Source: Candidatus Altimarinota bacterium (GTDB taxonomy: Bacteria > Patescibacteriota > Gracilibacteria > UBA1369 > GCA-2718715). From it: a stretch of 64,000 nucleotides of DNA. A program made the position numbers and the translations under genes. Position 1 is the first letter of the stretch. Each line of letters opens with the position of its first letter. The stretch spans positions 256,001-320,000 of the forward strand of contig JBESAV010000001.1 in assembly GCA_041242255.1 (NCBI GenBank), read 5' to 3'. Positions 48,583 to 58,486 of the stretch are shown here, piece after piece. Under the pieces are notes generated by a model, which saw nothing but the letters and a program-made list of their open reading frames with translations, did no database searches and was not told the DNA's origin.

Positions 48583-49788
48583 GTATTCTTTAGCTTTTTC
48601 TAGCTGTACATCAACTTCACCGTCTAGATCTTCTTCCGTGAAATCAACCAATATATCAGGTTTAATACCTTCTTTATCAATATCAGTTCCCATAGGCGTA
48701 AGCCATTTAGATACTGTCAGTCGAAGTGTAGAATTATCACTAAAAGGTATAAGCTCTTGCACAGTTCCTTTACCATAAGTTTCAGTTCCGATCACAATAC
48801 CTCTTCCAGTATCTTGAATAGCTCCAGCCACTATCTCAGAAGCTGACGCAGAAGCGCCGTTTACTAGTACAACCAATGGTATATCAGTGATACGAGCTTT
48901 CCCAGAGGCATAGATCTCACTTTCAAGTTTTGCTGAAGATTCTTGGATATTTACAATCTTAGTTCCTTCTTCAACAAGGTCTCCAAGCATATCAACTGCA
49001 GTACTCAGGTATCCACCGCCATTAAACCTAAGGTCCATTATCAAACCATCTGGCTGATCAACCAATATTTGGTTCACAGCTTCCAAAAACTCAGCTTCAG
49101 TATCATCACTAAACTGATTTACAGAGATGTAGAAGTATTCATTTTCTTCATCCTCAAGCAGTTCTGTATAAACACTTGGTACCTCAATCGTGTCTCGAAC
49201 AATAGAAATATCTCGTTTGCTAGAGTATAGATCTTCAATATTTTCTACTACTCCAAGTTCAACTCTAGTCCCTTTCTCTCCTCTTATTCTGCTTATTACT
49301 TCTAGAAGTTCTTGCCCTCTTATATCATTACCATCTACAGAAACAATAATATCACCAGCCATAAGTCCAGCCGCTTCTGCAGGTGAACCTTTAAGAGGCG
49401 TTACAACTTCCAGGTAACCATTTTCATCAGTCAACTCAGCCCCAATTCCTTCTAGTTCAGAATCCAAACTACTCAAGAAAATCTGACTTTCTTCTTCCGA
49501 GTAGTACTCAGAGTGAGGATCACCCAAAGACTGAACAAAACCCTTAAGTGCTCCATCAATCGCTCGATCTTTATCAATATTATCATGTCCAACAAAAGAT
49601 TCCTGTATGACTTCCCAAACTTCCTCAAAGTGACTCATATCAATCCCTTCGCAACAATCCTCAAGTGATACAAAATCTTTTCCAGAAGTACCAGGGGATA
49701 GTACACCTTTATCATTCGCACTCGCTCCAGCAAAAAAGGCAATAGCTACCATTCCTCCAACTAAAAGGTTTCTTTGTAAACTTTTCAT
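48562..49788 (-). CDS. ctpA: Carboxyl-terminal processing protease, S41A family, with PDZ domain
   Basis: DPHSEY, GIGA, GSPAEAAGL, DLRFNGGG, SASASEI and GKGTVQ motifs. Confidence 0.92.
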   Translation of the reverse strand: MKSLQRNLLVGGMVAIAFFAGASANDKGVLSPGTSGKDFVSLEDCCEGIDMSHFEEVWEVIQESFVGHDNIDKDRAIDGALKGFVQSLGDPHSEYYSEEESQIFLSSLDSELEGIGAELTDENGYLEVVTPLKGSPAEAAGLMAGDIIVSVDGNDIRGQELLEVISRIRGEKGTRVELGVVENIEDLYSSKRDISIVRDTIEVPSVYTELLEDEENEYFYISVNQFSDDTEAEFLEAVNQILVDQPDGLIMDLRFNGGGYLSTAVDMLGDLVEEGTKIVNIQESSAKLESEIYASGKARITDIPLVVLVNGASASASEIVAGAIQDTGRGIVIGTETYGKGTVQELIPFSDNSTLRLTVSKWLTPMGTDIDKEGIKPDILVDFTEEDLDGEVDVQLEKAKEYLRGLQE

Positions 49789-49859
49789 CTATCTAAAACA
49801 TATTATCAATGTCTCAATTGTAGAGGTCTCACCCAAAATATCAACCAAGGCCAACCAAC

Positions 49860-52124
49860 CTAACCAATCTTCTCAATCGGAGCAATACTTATGGCTAGTT
49901 TTTTATTACCAACAGCCCGATCATCAAATTTTATAGAAACAACTCCTCCTATCACCGCCACAACTGTTCCTTCTCCAAATTTAGGATGTCTAACCCTGTC
50001 ACCTGTTGCATAATTTCCAATATCTGCAGCATCTGGATTGTAAGCTGGTTTAGGATCTGCCCCAGAATCTTTCCCTATATAACCAGAGTTAAAGTTGTAA
50101 CCACCTCCACTGACACTTTCAGTTGGGATTTTCTTGCGTCCCATTGCATCAACCTTCACAAGTCCAGGGACTTCTCGACCACCAAAGTGCTGTGAGTTAC
50201 TCATCACAAGCTTTTCAGGAATATCACTTAAAAACTGTGATGGAGCATTAGCCTGGATTTCCCCAAATAACATTCTTTGCTTAGCAAAGCTCAACGTCAA
50301 CGACTCCTCAGCTCTAGTTACACCTACATACATCAGCCTTCTTTCTTCTTCCATTTGCTCAGGATCTAACATGCTCCTAGAACTTGGAAATACACCTTCC
50401 TCCATCCCAACCATGAACACATGCGGGAACTCAAGACCCTTAGCAGCATGTAAAGTCATCAAAGTAACTGAAGACGCATTTTCTTCAACTTGATCAGCAT
50501 CTGAGATCAAAGCTACTTCTTCCAAGAAAACAGTTAAAGACATTCCTCCCTCTAGACTATCGTACTTAGATGCAACTGACACTAGCTCTGAAATATTCTC
50601 CAATCTCGACTCAGCCTCAACAGTATTTTCTTCCTTTAGCATATCTCCGTAACCAGTTTCTTCAACCACGTATTTGATCACACTCGAAGCTGATTCAATC
50701 TTAGCCATACCAATTAATTTCCTTAACATCACAACGAATCTTTCTAGATCATCTTTTTTCGAGTCCGATAAAGTATCTATTTCACGAACTCTCTCCAACG
50801 CTCTAAATACGCTAATTCCTCTTTCAGCTGCAAATGTATTTATTTTATTTATAGTTGTAGCTCCCAGTTTTCTGGAAGGCACATTTATAACCCGAAGTAG
50901 GCTTATTGAGTCATCAGGGTTTAGTAAAACCTTTAAGTAAGACATTATATCCTTAATCTCTTTTCTTTCGTAGAACTTTATCCCACCAACAATCCTGTAA
51001 GGTATTCCATACTTCAAAAGTACTTCCTCTAGTACACGCGACTGTGCATTGGTTCTGTAAAGGATTGCAAAGTCTCCATAGTCAGGCGCCTCGTATTTGC
51101 TAAGTATTTTTCCGATTTGATTCACAACATGTACTCCTTCCTCTCTCTCATTATAGGCTTCATAAATCCAAATATCTTCTCCTTCAGAGTTATCAGTCCA
51201 CAACTTCTTCTCTTTTCTTTTCTGATTTTTAACAATCACATTATGAGCCGCTTCAAGGATCTTCTTAGTAGATCTATAGTTTTGTTCCAAAAGAATTACC
51301 TTACAGTCCGGAAAATCTTTCTCAAAATCAAGAATATTCTGCATATTTGCTCCTCTCCAGCTATAGATACTTTGATCAGAATCACCAATAACCATCAAGT
51401 TCCTAAACTTAGACGCCAACTGCCTCACCAAAACATACTGGGCATGATTTGTATCTTGATATTCATCTACACACAGGTATCTAAATTTGTTCTGATAATA
51501 CTCTAAGATTTCAGGATGCTTTTTGAAAAGCTCAACCACTTTCATAATAATATCATCAAAATCCAATGCGTTATTTATCCTTAATTGATCTTGATAGTGG
51601 TCATATACATCCGCAACTTTTTGACTAAAATAATCCATTGCATGTGTCGCAAACTCAACTGGTCCTATTAAATTATTTTTAGCATTTGAAATAGCATACA
51701 AAACAGACTTTGGGTTCATTTGCTTTTCATCCATTTGCATAGATTTCATAATTCTCTTCACCAAAACTTTCTGATCCGTCGTATCATAAATTACAAAATT
51801 ATTCTCCATATCCAACTCGTGTAAATGCTTTCGTAAAATCCTTACACAGATCGAATGAAAAGTCCCAATCACTGGACGGTATCCAGGTGTCCCATCAAGT
51901 AAACCAGAAACTCTTTCTTGCATTTCCATGGCAGCTTTATTTGTAAAAGTCACAGCCATTATATTATCTCCAGGTATACCTTTTTCTTGAATCAAATGTG
52001 CAATTCTGTGGGTTAATGCCTTGGTCTTACCACTTCCCGCACCAGCTACAACTAAAAGTGGTCCATCCACATGCAAAACGGCCTGTTTTTGCTTTTCGTT
52101 AAGACCTTTTATTAAGTCAGAAAT
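49860..52124 (-). CDS. pcrA: ATP-dependent DNA helicase PcrA/UvrD
   Basis: AGAGSGKT, TFTNKAA, DEYQD, QNYRS, TLHAAKGLEF and EERRLMYV motifs, plus a C-terminal tudor-like RVRHPKFGEG. The frame extends upstream of TTG 52076 through the Q motif LNEKQKQAV, so the start is placed at ATT 52124 by inference. Confidence 0.93.
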   Translation of the reverse strand: MSDLIKGLNEKQKQAVLHVDGPLLVVAGAGSGKTKALTHRIAHLIQEKGIPGDNIMAVTFTNKAAMEMQERVSGLLDGTPGYRPVIGTFHSICVRILRKHLHELDMENNFVIYDTTDQKVLVKRIMKSMQMDEKQMNPKSVLYAISNAKNNLIGPVEFATHAMDYFSQKVADVYDHYQDQLRINNALDFDDIIMKVVELFKKHPEILEYYQNKFRYLCVDEYQDTNHAQYVLVRQLASKFRNLMVIGDSDQSIYSWRGANMQNILDFEKDFPDCKVILLEQNYRSTKKILEAAHNVIVKNQKRKEKKLWTDNSEGEDIWIYEAYNEREEGVHVVNQIGKILSKYEAPDYGDFAILYRTNAQSRVLEEVLLKYGIPYRIVGGIKFYERKEIKDIMSYLKVLLNPDDSISLLRVINVPSRKLGATTINKINTFAAERGISVFRALERVREIDTLSDSKKDDLERFVVMLRKLIGMAKIESASSVIKYVVEETGYGDMLKEENTVEAESRLENISELVSVASKYDSLEGGMSLTVFLEEVALISDADQVEENASSVTLMTLHAAKGLEFPHVFMVGMEEGVFPSSRSMLDPEQMEEERRLMYVGVTRAEESLTLSFAKQRMLFGEIQANAPSQFLSDIPEKLVMSNSQHFGGREVPGLVKVDAMGRKKIPTESVSGGGYNFNSGYIGKDSGADPKPAYNPDAADIGNYATGDRVRHPKFGEGTVVAVIGGVVSIKFDDRAVGNKKLAISIAPIEKIG

Positions 52125-52195
52125 CGTAAATTGTGTTAAAATTAATCTAAAGATATTGTATGATCAAAACCTTTATTCAATCAACCTAAATATAA

Positions 52196-52918
52196 ATGTC
52201 CAAACAAAGACTCGACAAATACCTTGTCGAAACATCCCAGATAGAAAACCGATCCAAGGTTAAAAACCTTATTCGACAAAACTTAATTCGAGTTAATAAT
52301 CAAAACGTAACCAAGCCAGGTTACCTCATAGACCCATCTCAAGACACTATCACCATCAAGCCTCACACAAATTACGTCAGTCGATCAGCATTCAAACTTG
52401 AAGGAGCACTTAACCAACTAAAACTAAACATAGAAGGTAAATCATGTGCAGACATCGGAGCATCCACCGGGGGGTTTACTCAGGTTTTACTACAACATAA
52501 TCCAGAAATAGTTTATGCCATCGATGTAGGTCATAGTCAGCTTCACCCAGATGTATCTGGAGACCCAAGAGTAAAAAACATCGAAAAAACAAATGCCAAA
52601 TCCGATCTACCAATACCAGAGGTAGACTTAATGGTAGCAGATCTAAGTTTTATTTCGGCTCATAAATACACCCTAAATCTTTTCAAATATATCAATCAAG
52701 ATGGAGCTTTACTTCTACTTTTCAAACCCCAGTTTGAAGTTGGAAAAGAAAATCTAAAACCAAATGGAGTTGTTAAATCCCAAAAACCAGTCCAACAAGC
52801 AATTCAAGACTTTGAAAGTTTCCTCCATAAAAATAAATTATTCCTAAGGAGAATAATCCAAACCCAACTCACTGGAAAAAAAGGAAACCAAGAGTACTTC
52901 TTTTTGATCACTAGATAA
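52196..52918 (+). CDS. tlyA: TlyA-family rRNA (cytidine-2'-O)-methyltransferase
   Basis: S4 domain RLDKYL; YVSR, DIGASTGGFT, DLSFIS and KPQFE motifs. Confidence 0.93.
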   Translation: MSKQRLDKYLVETSQIENRSKVKNLIRQNLIRVNNQNVTKPGYLIDPSQDTITIKPHTNYVSRSAFKLEGALNQLKLNIEGKSCADIGASTGGFTQVLLQHNPEIVYAIDVGHSQLHPDVSGDPRVKNIEKTNAKSDLPIPEVDLMVADLSFISAHKYTLNLFKYINQDGALLLLFKPQFEVGKENLKPNGVVKSQKPVQQAIQDFESFLHKNKLFLRRIIQTQLTGKKGNQEYFFLITR

Positions 52919-52952
52919 TTTATAATCAGATTACATTTTTTAATTTAAACCT

Positions 52953-53489
52953 ATGCCAAGGTTTCTAGTTGCTGCATTAATTGCAACATTATTATTAGTT
53001 GGTTGTTCTCAAACTCAACTTGAAACAAATCCAACTGAACAAGTTGATACAATCCAAGTTGAGTCAGACATGCCAGACTCAGAAGAGTCAGAAAAAGAAA
53101 TGGAAGATACTGAAATGTCTTCAGAAACAGACCAAGCTGAAACAAATTCAGACTCAGAGGAGGAATCTGAAGCAACTTCATCATCAGCTGTATACACAGC
53201 TTATTCTCCAAATGCATTAGCTGAGTATGAAGGAAAAAACAAAGTAATCTTCTTTCATGCAAACTGGTGCTCAACTTGTAGAGCTCTTGACGCAGAACTA
53301 TCTGAGAAATTCTCAGAGCTTCCAGCTGATACTGTAGTATTAAAAGCGGATTACGATTCAGAAACAGACCTAAGAGCAAAATACGGCGTTAACGCACAGC
53401 ATACTTTAGTCTTTGTTGATGACGAAGGAAACTCTACTAGATCAAATCTCTTGGGGGCAAATTTTACAAAATTACAGTCAGAACTATAG
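52953..53489 (+). CDS. Thioredoxin-domain lipoprotein with an acidic linker
   Basis: LVGC lipobox, E/S/T-rich tether, FFHANWCSTC and KYGV..QHT motifs. Confidence 0.85.
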   Translation: MPRFLVAALIATLLLVGCSQTQLETNPTEQVDTIQVESDMPDSEESEKEMEDTEMSSETDQAETNSDSEEESEATSSSAVYTAYSPNALAEYEGKNKVIFFHANWCSTCRALDAELSEKFSELPADTVVLKADYDSETDLRAKYGVNAQHTLVFVDDEGNSTRSNLLGANFTKLQSEL

Positions 53490-53504
53490 ATAAACAAATC
53501 TTAT

Positions 53505-53533
53505 AAAAGCCCCAAAACCTAAAGGGGCTTTTT
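53505..53533 (+). terminator. Intrinsic terminator
   Basis: AAAAGCCCC...GGGGCTTTTT. Confidence 0.7.
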
Positions 53534-53625
53534 AGTTATAAAACAATTTTACAAATAAGCACGCCCACATACTGCCACACACAAATCTACATGCTATAAT
53601 TATTTGATAATTTAAAGTGCAAATT

Positions 53626-54282
53626 ATGGAGTTTTATTTGGACACCGCAAACCTAGAAGAGATCAAAAAATATATTGATCTAGGTATAGTCGATGGAGTG
53701 ACCACAAACCCTTCTCTTATAGCCAAAGAAAAAGGAGTCGATTACTCTCAACGAATAAAAGAGATAACCCAGATTGTATCTGGCCCAGTAAGCGCAGAAG
53801 TAATCGCTACTGATTATGAAGGAATGCTTAAAGAAGCTGATCATTACAACTCCATCGCCCCAAACGTATTCGTAAAACTTCCATGCACTCCAAATGGAAT
53901 CAAAGCACTTAAGACACTAAAATCCAAAGGGATAAAAGTTAATATGACTCTTGTTTTCACTGCATCTCAAGCCATAATCTGTGCCAAAAATGGAGCAGAC
54001 TTAATCAGCCCATTTATAGGTAGGTTAGATGATATCTCAAGAGACGGTCTGCATCTTATAAATGAACTTTGTCTAATTTGGGCACAATACAATTTCAAGT
54101 CAAAAATCCTAGTAGCAAGTATAAGAAGTCCACAACACGTTGTTGAATCAGCTAAGATGGGAGCCCATGTTGCAACCATTCCACCAAAATTAATCGATAA
54201 ATTACTCGGACATCCACTTACTGACGAAGGATTAGAAAATTTTTTAAAAGACTACCAAGCCTCTAAAGCCAGTCAATCATGA
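53626..54282 (+). CDS. tal: Transaldolase (small TalC/FSA family)
   Basis: LDTAN, GVTTNPSL and VKLP motifs; SAEV and SPFIGR favour transaldolase over FSA; ATG at 53626. Confidence 0.88.
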   Translation: MEFYLDTANLEEIKKYIDLGIVDGVTTNPSLIAKEKGVDYSQRIKEITQIVSGPVSAEVIATDYEGMLKEADHYNSIAPNVFVKLPCTPNGIKALKTLKSKGIKVNMTLVFTASQAIICAKNGADLISPFIGRLDDISRDGLHLINELCLIWAQYNFKSKILVASIRSPQHVVESAKMGAHVATIPPKLIDKLLGHPLTDEGLENFLKDYQASKASQS

Positions 54283-56198
54283 GTTTAACTAGCAACACCT
54301 TAACCCCGGACCAGCTCAGTCAACTAAATGTCTTCACAAAGGCTTGTAGACAATCAATATTAAAGATGGTCACCAACGCACAGAGCGGACATCCAGGTGG
54401 GTCACTTTCATCGATAGACTTTTTATCAACCTTATATCTAACCAGAATTATTCATACAGGTGAAACAGTGGTCGTATCCAATGGACATATTTCTCCAGCA
54501 GTTTACTCTATTCTTGCTGAATTAGGTTATGTCTCAAAAAAAGACGTAGTTGAAAATTTCAGAAAACTAGGCTCAATTTTCGAAGGTCATGTCACTCGGC
54601 ACGTACCAGGAGTTACCTTTGGTACTGGTCCTCTCGGAGTAGGAGTTTCAGCAGCGTCAGGTTTTGCCCTAGCCGAAAAACAAAATAAAACTGGAAAACA
54701 AGTTTTTGCATTACTAGGTGATGGAGAAGCTCAAGAGGGACAAGTTTACGAGATGATGCACTTCGCAGCTAAATATGATCTAGATAACTTTATTGTTTTA
54801 GTTGATAGCAATCGAGTCCAACTAACCGATTCATTAGAAAAAGTTATGCCAATTGACATAGCATCACATTTTAAATCAGCTGGTTGGAATATACTTGAAG
54901 CCGATGGACATAATTTTCATGAAATAAACTTTGCACTCGACCAAGCCGTAGAATTCAAAGGTGCTCCAACTGTTATCCTAATGAATTCAATCATGGGGCA
55001 AGGCTCATCTCTCATGCAACCAGAAGGTGAAAGTAACAAAGCTACCTGGCATGGTAAAGCCCCATCTCAAGAAGATATCCAAGCTGATATAGACAGTCTT
55101 GAACTCACTCCAGAAGAAAATCAAATTATTCAAGAAATCAAAAACTCAATCGAATGGACTCCAGAAAAACCACAATTTACATCGCCTCTTTCAATACTAG
55201 ATGTAAACACGGGTACTCCCAAACAATATCCAGTTGATAAAGTAATAGATTGCCGTTCAGCTTACGGGAACGCTTTATTAGATTTAGCAGACAAAAACAA
55301 AAATATTATAGCAGTTACGGCTGACCTTAGAGGTTCAGTTAAAACAAAGGCTTTATCAGAGAAACATCCAGAGCAACATTTTGACGTAGGAATCGCCGAA
55401 CAACAAATGCTCTCATTGACTGGTGGTATTTCACTATCAAACCTGATCCCATTCTGCTCAACTTTCGGTGCCTTCATGACATCTAGGGCAAAAGATCAAG
55501 CTAGAGTAAACGACATAAACCAAACCAATGTAAAAATGGTCGCTACTCACTGCGGTCTTTCCGTAGGAGAGGATGGCCCAACTCATCAAGCAATAGATGA
55601 TATTGGATCAATGCAAGGATTATTAAATACAATGGTCATCGAGCCAGTTGATGCAAATCAATGTGATAAAATTACCAGGTTTATAGCCAGTCATTATGGA
55701 AACTTTTATGTTCGAATGGGACGCCACAAGTTCAACCCAATCACCAAAAAAGATGGAACACCATTCTACGATGAAAATTATATATTCAAATACGGTAAGT
55801 CTGATCTTATCCGCCAAGGGAATGATCTAACAATTATTGCCTCTGGAGCATGTGTTTCTGAAGCTATCAAAGCAATTGAGTTCGTTGAAGAGGACTATCC
55901 AGATATTAGTATCGATTTGATAGCGATAAGCTCTCTCAAAGTAATTGACGAAAACATTTTAAGCTCTTTATCTAAAACCAAAAAGCTCATAACAGTCGAA
56001 GATCACACTCCTGTCTCAGGTTTCAATGCTGTACTTTCGCAAGCAATACTAAAAAGTCACATTAAACTAGATGCCTACGAAACCTTAGGAGTAGAGGAAT
56101 ACCAGCTTTCTGGTAAGTGGCATGAGTTATATGCTGAAGCAGGAATAGACAATCAAGCAATCTACACACAGGTAGAGACAATTTTGAATTTGGTTTAA
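54279..56198 (+). CDS. tkt: Transketolase
   Basis: SGHPGGSLS, SNGH, GDGEAQEG, GIAEQ and GEDGPTHQ motifs; ATGA overlap with tal. Confidence 0.93.
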   Translation: MSLTSNTLTPDQLSQLNVFTKACRQSILKMVTNAQSGHPGGSLSSIDFLSTLYLTRIIHTGETVVVSNGHISPAVYSILAELGYVSKKDVVENFRKLGSIFEGHVTRHVPGVTFGTGPLGVGVSAASGFALAEKQNKTGKQVFALLGDGEAQEGQVYEMMHFAAKYDLDNFIVLVDSNRVQLTDSLEKVMPIDIASHFKSAGWNILEADGHNFHEINFALDQAVEFKGAPTVILMNSIMGQGSSLMQPEGESNKATWHGKAPSQEDIQADIDSLELTPEENQIIQEIKNSIEWTPEKPQFTSPLSILDVNTGTPKQYPVDKVIDCRSAYGNALLDLADKNKNIIAVTADLRGSVKTKALSEKHPEQHFDVGIAEQQMLSLTGGISLSNLIPFCSTFGAFMTSRAKDQARVNDINQTNVKMVATHCGLSVGEDGPTHQAIDDIGSMQGLLNTMVIEPVDANQCDKITRFIASHYGNFYVRMGRHKFNPITKKDGTPFYDENYIFKYGKSDLIRQGNDLTIIASGACVSEAIKAIEFVEEDYPDISIDLIAISSLKVIDENILSSLSKTKKLITVEDHTPVSGFNAVLSQAILKSHIKLDAYETLGVEEYQLSGKWHELYAEAGIDNQAIYTQVETILNLV

Positions 56199-56236
56199 AC
56201 TTTGTTAGAATCAACCAAGAAGATAACCAAAACAAC

Positions 56237-56839
56237 ATGTTCAGTTTACCACCTTTAAAGTTCGAGTACGATGCTCTCGAACCACACATAGATGCAAAGA
56301 CTATGAAGATCCATCATTCTAAGCATCACCAGGGATATATCAACAAGCTAAATGCTTCTTTAGAAGGTCACTCAGACCTCCAAAGTAAAGGCATTGTTGA
56401 ACTCCTTACTGATTGGATGAATACTCCTGATGAAATAAAAGAATCAGTCCGAAACAACGGAGGTGGTCACCATAACCACTCAATTTTTTGGAGCATTTTA
56501 TCTCCAGAAAAGAAAGAAATTCCAGAGTCTCTCTCAAAGGCAATAAACGAAGACTTTGGTAGTCTAGAAAAAATGAAAGAAGAATTTACAAAAGCTGCTT
56601 CAAGCCGATTTGGAAGCGGATGGGCGTGGGTTGTAGTAGAAGCTGGAAAGCTAAAAGTAATCTCAACACCAAACCAAGATTCACCACTTATGGATGGACT
56701 AAAGCCAATCCTTGGGCTGGACGTATGGGAACATGCCTATTACCTCAACTACCAGAACCGAAGAGGAGACTACATCGAACATTTCTGGAATCTTGTAGAT
56801 TGGGATCAAGTTAACACTTATTACCAAGATGCTACCTAG
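56237..56839 (+). CDS. sodA: Mn/Fe superoxide dismutase (Mn-type signature)
   Basis: HHSKHH, NNGGGHHNH, FGSGWAW and DVWEHAYY motifs. Confidence 0.95.
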   Translation: MFSLPPLKFEYDALEPHIDAKTMKIHHSKHHQGYINKLNASLEGHSDLQSKGIVELLTDWMNTPDEIKESVRNNGGGHHNHSIFWSILSPEKKEIPESLSKAINEDFGSLEKMKEEFTKAASSRFGSGWAWVVVEAGKLKVISTPNQDSPLMDGLKPILGLDVWEHAYYLNYQNRRGDYIEHFWNLVDWDQVNTYYQDAT

Positions 56840-57623
56840 AAATTACGAAGAAAGCCTCCATTGTGTTGAGAAAGCCTGCCAAATAGCAGGTCTTTCTTTT
56901 AAATACATAGATTCTCAAAAAATATTGGCTAAAGTAACTTACCAATCTGGAAAAGAGTTGTATTTTTTACACAATAAAAACCCCTTTAACTCATACATGT
57001 CAGCCCGGATATGCCAGGATAAAAGTCTCCAGCACACGCTTTATCAAAAAAACGGCATAAAGCATCCCAAAACTAAAAGTTATTTTAGCCCTCTTGCTCC
57101 AAAGTCATTTTCTAAATACAAAAAGTTTCATTCACTCAAAGAAGTAGAGACAGACATACTCTCAAACTTTTCATTCCCTTTTATATTAAAGAAAAATCAA
57201 TCTTCACTCTCCAAAGACGTATTTAAGGTTATGACTAAGCAAGAGCTTGAAGAGCTATTGAAAAAGTACTTCCAACCCAATAAACATGAGATTTTAGTGA
57301 TCCAGGAGTATATCCAGGGTAGAGAAGTAAGAGTAATATCTCTAAAAGGTAACCCTTTACTTGCCTACACAAAAGGAACAAAGTTCAGTCTAACAGACTT
57401 AAAACCACTCAAACTAAACACAGAAGAATTTGAAGGTATATCAGCTCAAATCTACAAACATCTACATGTCGACTTTTCAGGAATTGATCTTATCCAAAAT
57501 GAAAAAGGTATATTTGTAATAGAAACAAACTCAAACCCAGCTTGTTTTTACTACAATAAACACAATGGCAGAGATGACTTTATTCAAGTTTATCTAAAAT
57601 GTCTTCAGGAATATCAAAATTAG
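56829..57623 (+). CDS. ATP-grasp fold protein (RimK-like)
   Basis: ICQDK, FPFILK, IQEYIQGREVRV, SGIDLI and IETNSNP motifs. Confidence 0.75.
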   Translation: MLPRNYEESLHCVEKACQIAGLSFKYIDSQKILAKVTYQSGKELYFLHNKNPFNSYMSARICQDKSLQHTLYQKNGIKHPKTKSYFSPLAPKSFSKYKKFHSLKEVETDILSNFSFPFILKKNQSSLSKDVFKVMTKQELEELLKKYFQPNKHEILVIQEYIQGREVRVISLKGNPLLAYTKGTKFSLTDLKPLKLNTEEFEGISAQIYKHLHVDFSGIDLIQNEKGIFVIETNSNPACFYYNKHNGRDDFIQVYLKCLQEYQN

Positions 57624-58329
57624 AATGCACCTCTGAAACATCATCATCTTCTTCTATCGCATCCACAATTGATAGTATTTTTTTTGCAGTCTCCTCGTCT
57701 TTAACCTCAACATAGTTATTTGGAATATAGCTAGTCTTAGCCTCAGAGACATTGTACCCTGCATCTTTAATCTTGTTCTTTATATCTATAAGGTCTTTAT
57801 AGTCACAATAAACAACCATTTCACCATCCTCTACACTATCAAATTCTTCCACTCCAAGTTCAATAAGTTCTAGTTGAACCTCATCAGAATCACCTTTAAA
57901 TTTCAAAGTAATAATTCCTTTCTTCTCAAACATATAAGCTACACTACCAGGCTCCGCCCAGTTTGCACCTTTCTTGGTGATAATAGCTTTCACATTAGAT
58001 ACAGTCCTGTTCTTATTATCAGTAATTGCTTCAACCATAAAAGCTGTTCCACCAGGTCCATAAGCTTCATACATAACCTCATGCATCTGCATACCATCCA
58101 TACCTTCTCCAGAACCTTTGGCTATTGCTCTATCAATATTATCATTAGGTACATTCTCCGCTTTTGCATTTTCAATAGCAGTCCTCAAAGATGGGTTCAT
58201 ATCTGGATCTGCCCCTTCTTTCGCAGCATTAGCAATCAATTTTGCATGTTTAGTAAAAATCTTACCTCTTTTTTTATCATTTGCAGTCTTCTTATGTTTA
58301 ATCGAGTGCCATTTCGAATGTCCAGCCAT
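57580..58329 (-). CDS. yebC: YebC/PmpR-family protein
   Basis: MAGHSKW, YEAYGPGG, TDNKNRT and DDDVSEVHSN motifs. Confidence 0.96.
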   Translation of the reverse strand: MAGHSKWHSIKHKKTANDKKRGKIFTKHAKLIANAAKEGADPDMNPSLRTAIENAKAENVPNDNIDRAIAKGSGEGMDGMQMHEVMYEAYGPGGTAFMVEAITDNKNRTVSNVKAIITKKGANWAEPGSVAYMFEKKGIITLKFKGDSDEVQLELIELGVEEFDSVEDGEMVVYCDYKDLIDIKNKIKDAGYNVSEAKTSYIPNNYVEVKDEETAKKILSIVDAIEEDDDVSEVHSNFDIPEDILDKLE

Positions 58330-58434
58330 AACTAATATTAAATCTTACGGCTAGTTTAAAGGCAGAGCACCTTTTTATCAAGGACTTAAAAATAATCCAA
58401 AACATATATTCTTAATTTACCAAGTAATCATATA

Positions 58435-58482
58435 TTGACGGTGAGAGAGCCCTCACCTACAATGGGTGTGTATATAACCACC
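58435..58482 (+). promoter_or_regulatory. lexA promoter with two tandem GGTG-N10-CACC candidate LexA operators
   Basis: TTGACG-17 nt-TACAAT. GGTGAGAGAGCCCTCACC (58440-58457) fills the spacer, and GGTGTGTATATAACCACC (58465-58482) covers the expected start site. Confidence 0.75.
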
Positions 58483-58486
58483 AAAC

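Noticed and set aside
52196-52918. Hemolysin or virulence factor
   Set aside because: The S4 plus FtsJ-like motifs indicate an rRNA methyltransferase; nothing here supports a toxin role
53561-53582. CCACA direct repeat (10-bp spacing) upstream of tal as an activator site
   Set aside because: Only two 5-mers, and the second overlaps a plausible -35 (CTGCCA); chance cannot be excluded
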